From contig NZ_CP047960.1 of assembly GCF_014280195.1 (NCBI RefSeq), forward strand, positions 1,410,001 to 1,442,000: DNA of 32,000 nucleotides, in the 5' to 3' direction. This document shows positions 30,396-32,000 of this stretch, one piece after another. Each line of letters starts with the position of its first letter. The stretch's first letter is position 1. The notes beneath the pieces are model-generated. The model made no database searches. It saw nothing but the letters and a program-made list of their open reading frames with translations, and was not told where the DNA came from. The DNA is from Synechococcus sp. A15-24. GTDB lineage: Bacteria; Cyanobacteriota; Cyanobacteriia; PCC-6307; Cyanobiaceae. Both the position numbers and the translations under genes were made by a program.

Positions 30396-32000
30396 CTAAA
30401 GGCCGACCTCCATTCCGCCTTCCTTCAACCAGCGTCGCTCGGTGCGATTGGGCTGAAATCCAAGCCAGGTGCCATCGACATTGGCGGAGCTGCCTTGATC
30501 CTGCAGCGCCCAGAGGGCCTGGGGCCGGGGCAGCAGGCGCCAGCGCTGATCACCAATCGCAGCAGCATTGCCTGGCCGCGATCCGAAAGCAGCTCCACGG
30601 ACAGCCCATCACTGAGGAGGCGCTGACCAACGACAAGACCGTCGCGCCCCTGATGCAGTGCCACCACGCGATGCCCCAGACCCTGCCAACAGGCCATCGC
30701 CTCAGTGGCCACGGGATCCAACAGCATCACCCAGTCCAGCCGTTGATGGCCATGGACATCCGCCAGGCGGCGGGCCATCCGGCAACTGCTGACATCAGCT
30801 GAGGTACTGACGAGTGCGCCACGGCCCTGATGGCGGGCCAGCAGCAAGTGCTGCCGGCTTCGCTGAACCGCCACCACACCATCTGCCAGCTGAACGCATC
30901 CCTGCACCCCCACAGCCAACAGCGTGAGCAGCAACCCCATCGGCCGCCAGCGCCCCCAGCCAGTCAACAGCCATGGCAGCAAGCCGAGCACCAGCAACGC
31001 CACAACCATGGGCTGAGGATGGCCAGTGACTGATCCAGCTCACCAGAGCAATCAACAGTGCAGCCAACTGCGCCACGGGCCAGGCCAGCAGCGGCAGTGC
31101 CGCCGCCGGCAACAGCAGCGATGCCAAAGCCAGACCCATGGCCGAGAGGGTCAACGGGGCCAGCAGTGGAGCCGCCAACAGGTTGGCCAGCAAGGCATAG
31201 AGGGGAGCAGAGCCGAAGTGCAGCAGCTGCAGCGGCAAGGTCCAGGACATCGCCGCGAGGGGAACAGCCAGGGCTGGTGCCAACCAGCCGAGCCGCGTCG
31301 GCAAGCACTCCGCCCACCACCGCTCCAGGCCAGGGCCCGTGAGGATCAAGCCCGTTGTGGCGGCAGCGCTGAGCTGAAAACCGATCGAGCGAGCCCAGGC
31401 GGGATGCACCAGCAGCATCAGGCTGAGGGTGAGCAGCAACACCCCGAAGCCACGGCTGCGCTCACCGGACTCCCGGATCAGCAGCGCCGTGGCCCCCATC
31501 AACACCGCCCGCACCACCGATGGTTGCGCCCCGGCGCAGAGCAGAAAGATCAACAAAGCCAAGGCCGCCAGGGCCAGTCGCAGGGAACGCCCCAGGCAGC
31601 GCCCCACCGCCAGCGCAGCACCCAGCAGCACAGAGAGGTGGAAGCCTGACGCCGCCAGGGCATGGGACAACCCAGCCACCCGAAAGGCCTGGCGCAGTTC
31701 ATCGGGAAGCTGCACCTGGGCGCTCCCCAGCACTAGCGCCGCCAGCAACCCGCCTCGCTCTGGTCCAGCCGCGGCCTGAAGACGATCAGCAACCTGCCGC
31801 CGCAGATCGGCGATAGGGGTCCAGGGCCGGTTGAGCACCTCGATGCTCGTGGCCCGAAGCTGGCTCCAACTGCCCCGGGCCGCCAAGCGTTCCGCCGGAC
31901 CAGGCAGCAGGGGGTGGACACCAGCAGCGGGGCGTTTCAGCGGCCCGCGCACCCGAACCCGCCAACCTTGGCGGGGCGGATCCGGACAAGGGCGGAGCTG
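30396..32000 (-). pseudogene. comEC: ComEC/Rec2-family DNA internalisation protein, reading frame interrupted (two apparent frameshifts); 5' end beyond the window
   Basis: Frame A is open from base 32000 and carries the Competence-domain TM region (LSHALAASGFHLSVLLG..., QPSVVRAVLMG), with its stop at 30795. The coding-like signal moves to frame B (ORF 30425..31009) near 31010-31039. It probably returns to frame A near 30550 and ends at TAG 30396-30398. Confidence 0.6.

Overview
This is a dense, visibly GC-rich stretch of core chromosome. Gene content suggests a marine Synechococcus-type picocyanobacterium, based on the Ni-SOD sodN-sodX-sodT module, the clpR-clpP pair, a lumenal pentapeptide-repeat protein and ddl-ftsQ-ftsZ; this assignment is inference only. 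I call 36 protein-coding genes, almost all housekeeping: tRNA modification, cell wall and division, amino-acid and cofactor biosynthesis, and Clp protease. I also call 4 tRNA genes (Leu-CAG, Leu-CAA, His-GUG, Ser-CGA) and one ComEC/Rec2 gene whose reading frame is broken twice. Many neighbouring genes are linked by 4-nt start/stop overlaps. I found no CRISPR array, transposase, integrase, phage gene or recognisable defence cassette, and no clear compositional island. I therefore do not see convincing evidence for a novel multi-gene system here. The points most worth a second look are the doubly frame-disrupted comEC, an uncharacterised membrane-anchored ORF translationally coupled to ftsQ, and an uncharacterised DUF4359-like/amidohydrolase/FAD-oxidase operon. 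Also of note are a membrane-anchored PIN-TRAM nuclease gene divergent from hemW across a 39-bp spacer containing a 10-nt direct repeat, and a tRNA-Leu embedded inside an mRNA operon. The very long ORFs on the opposite strand of real genes are treated as GC-bias artefacts.
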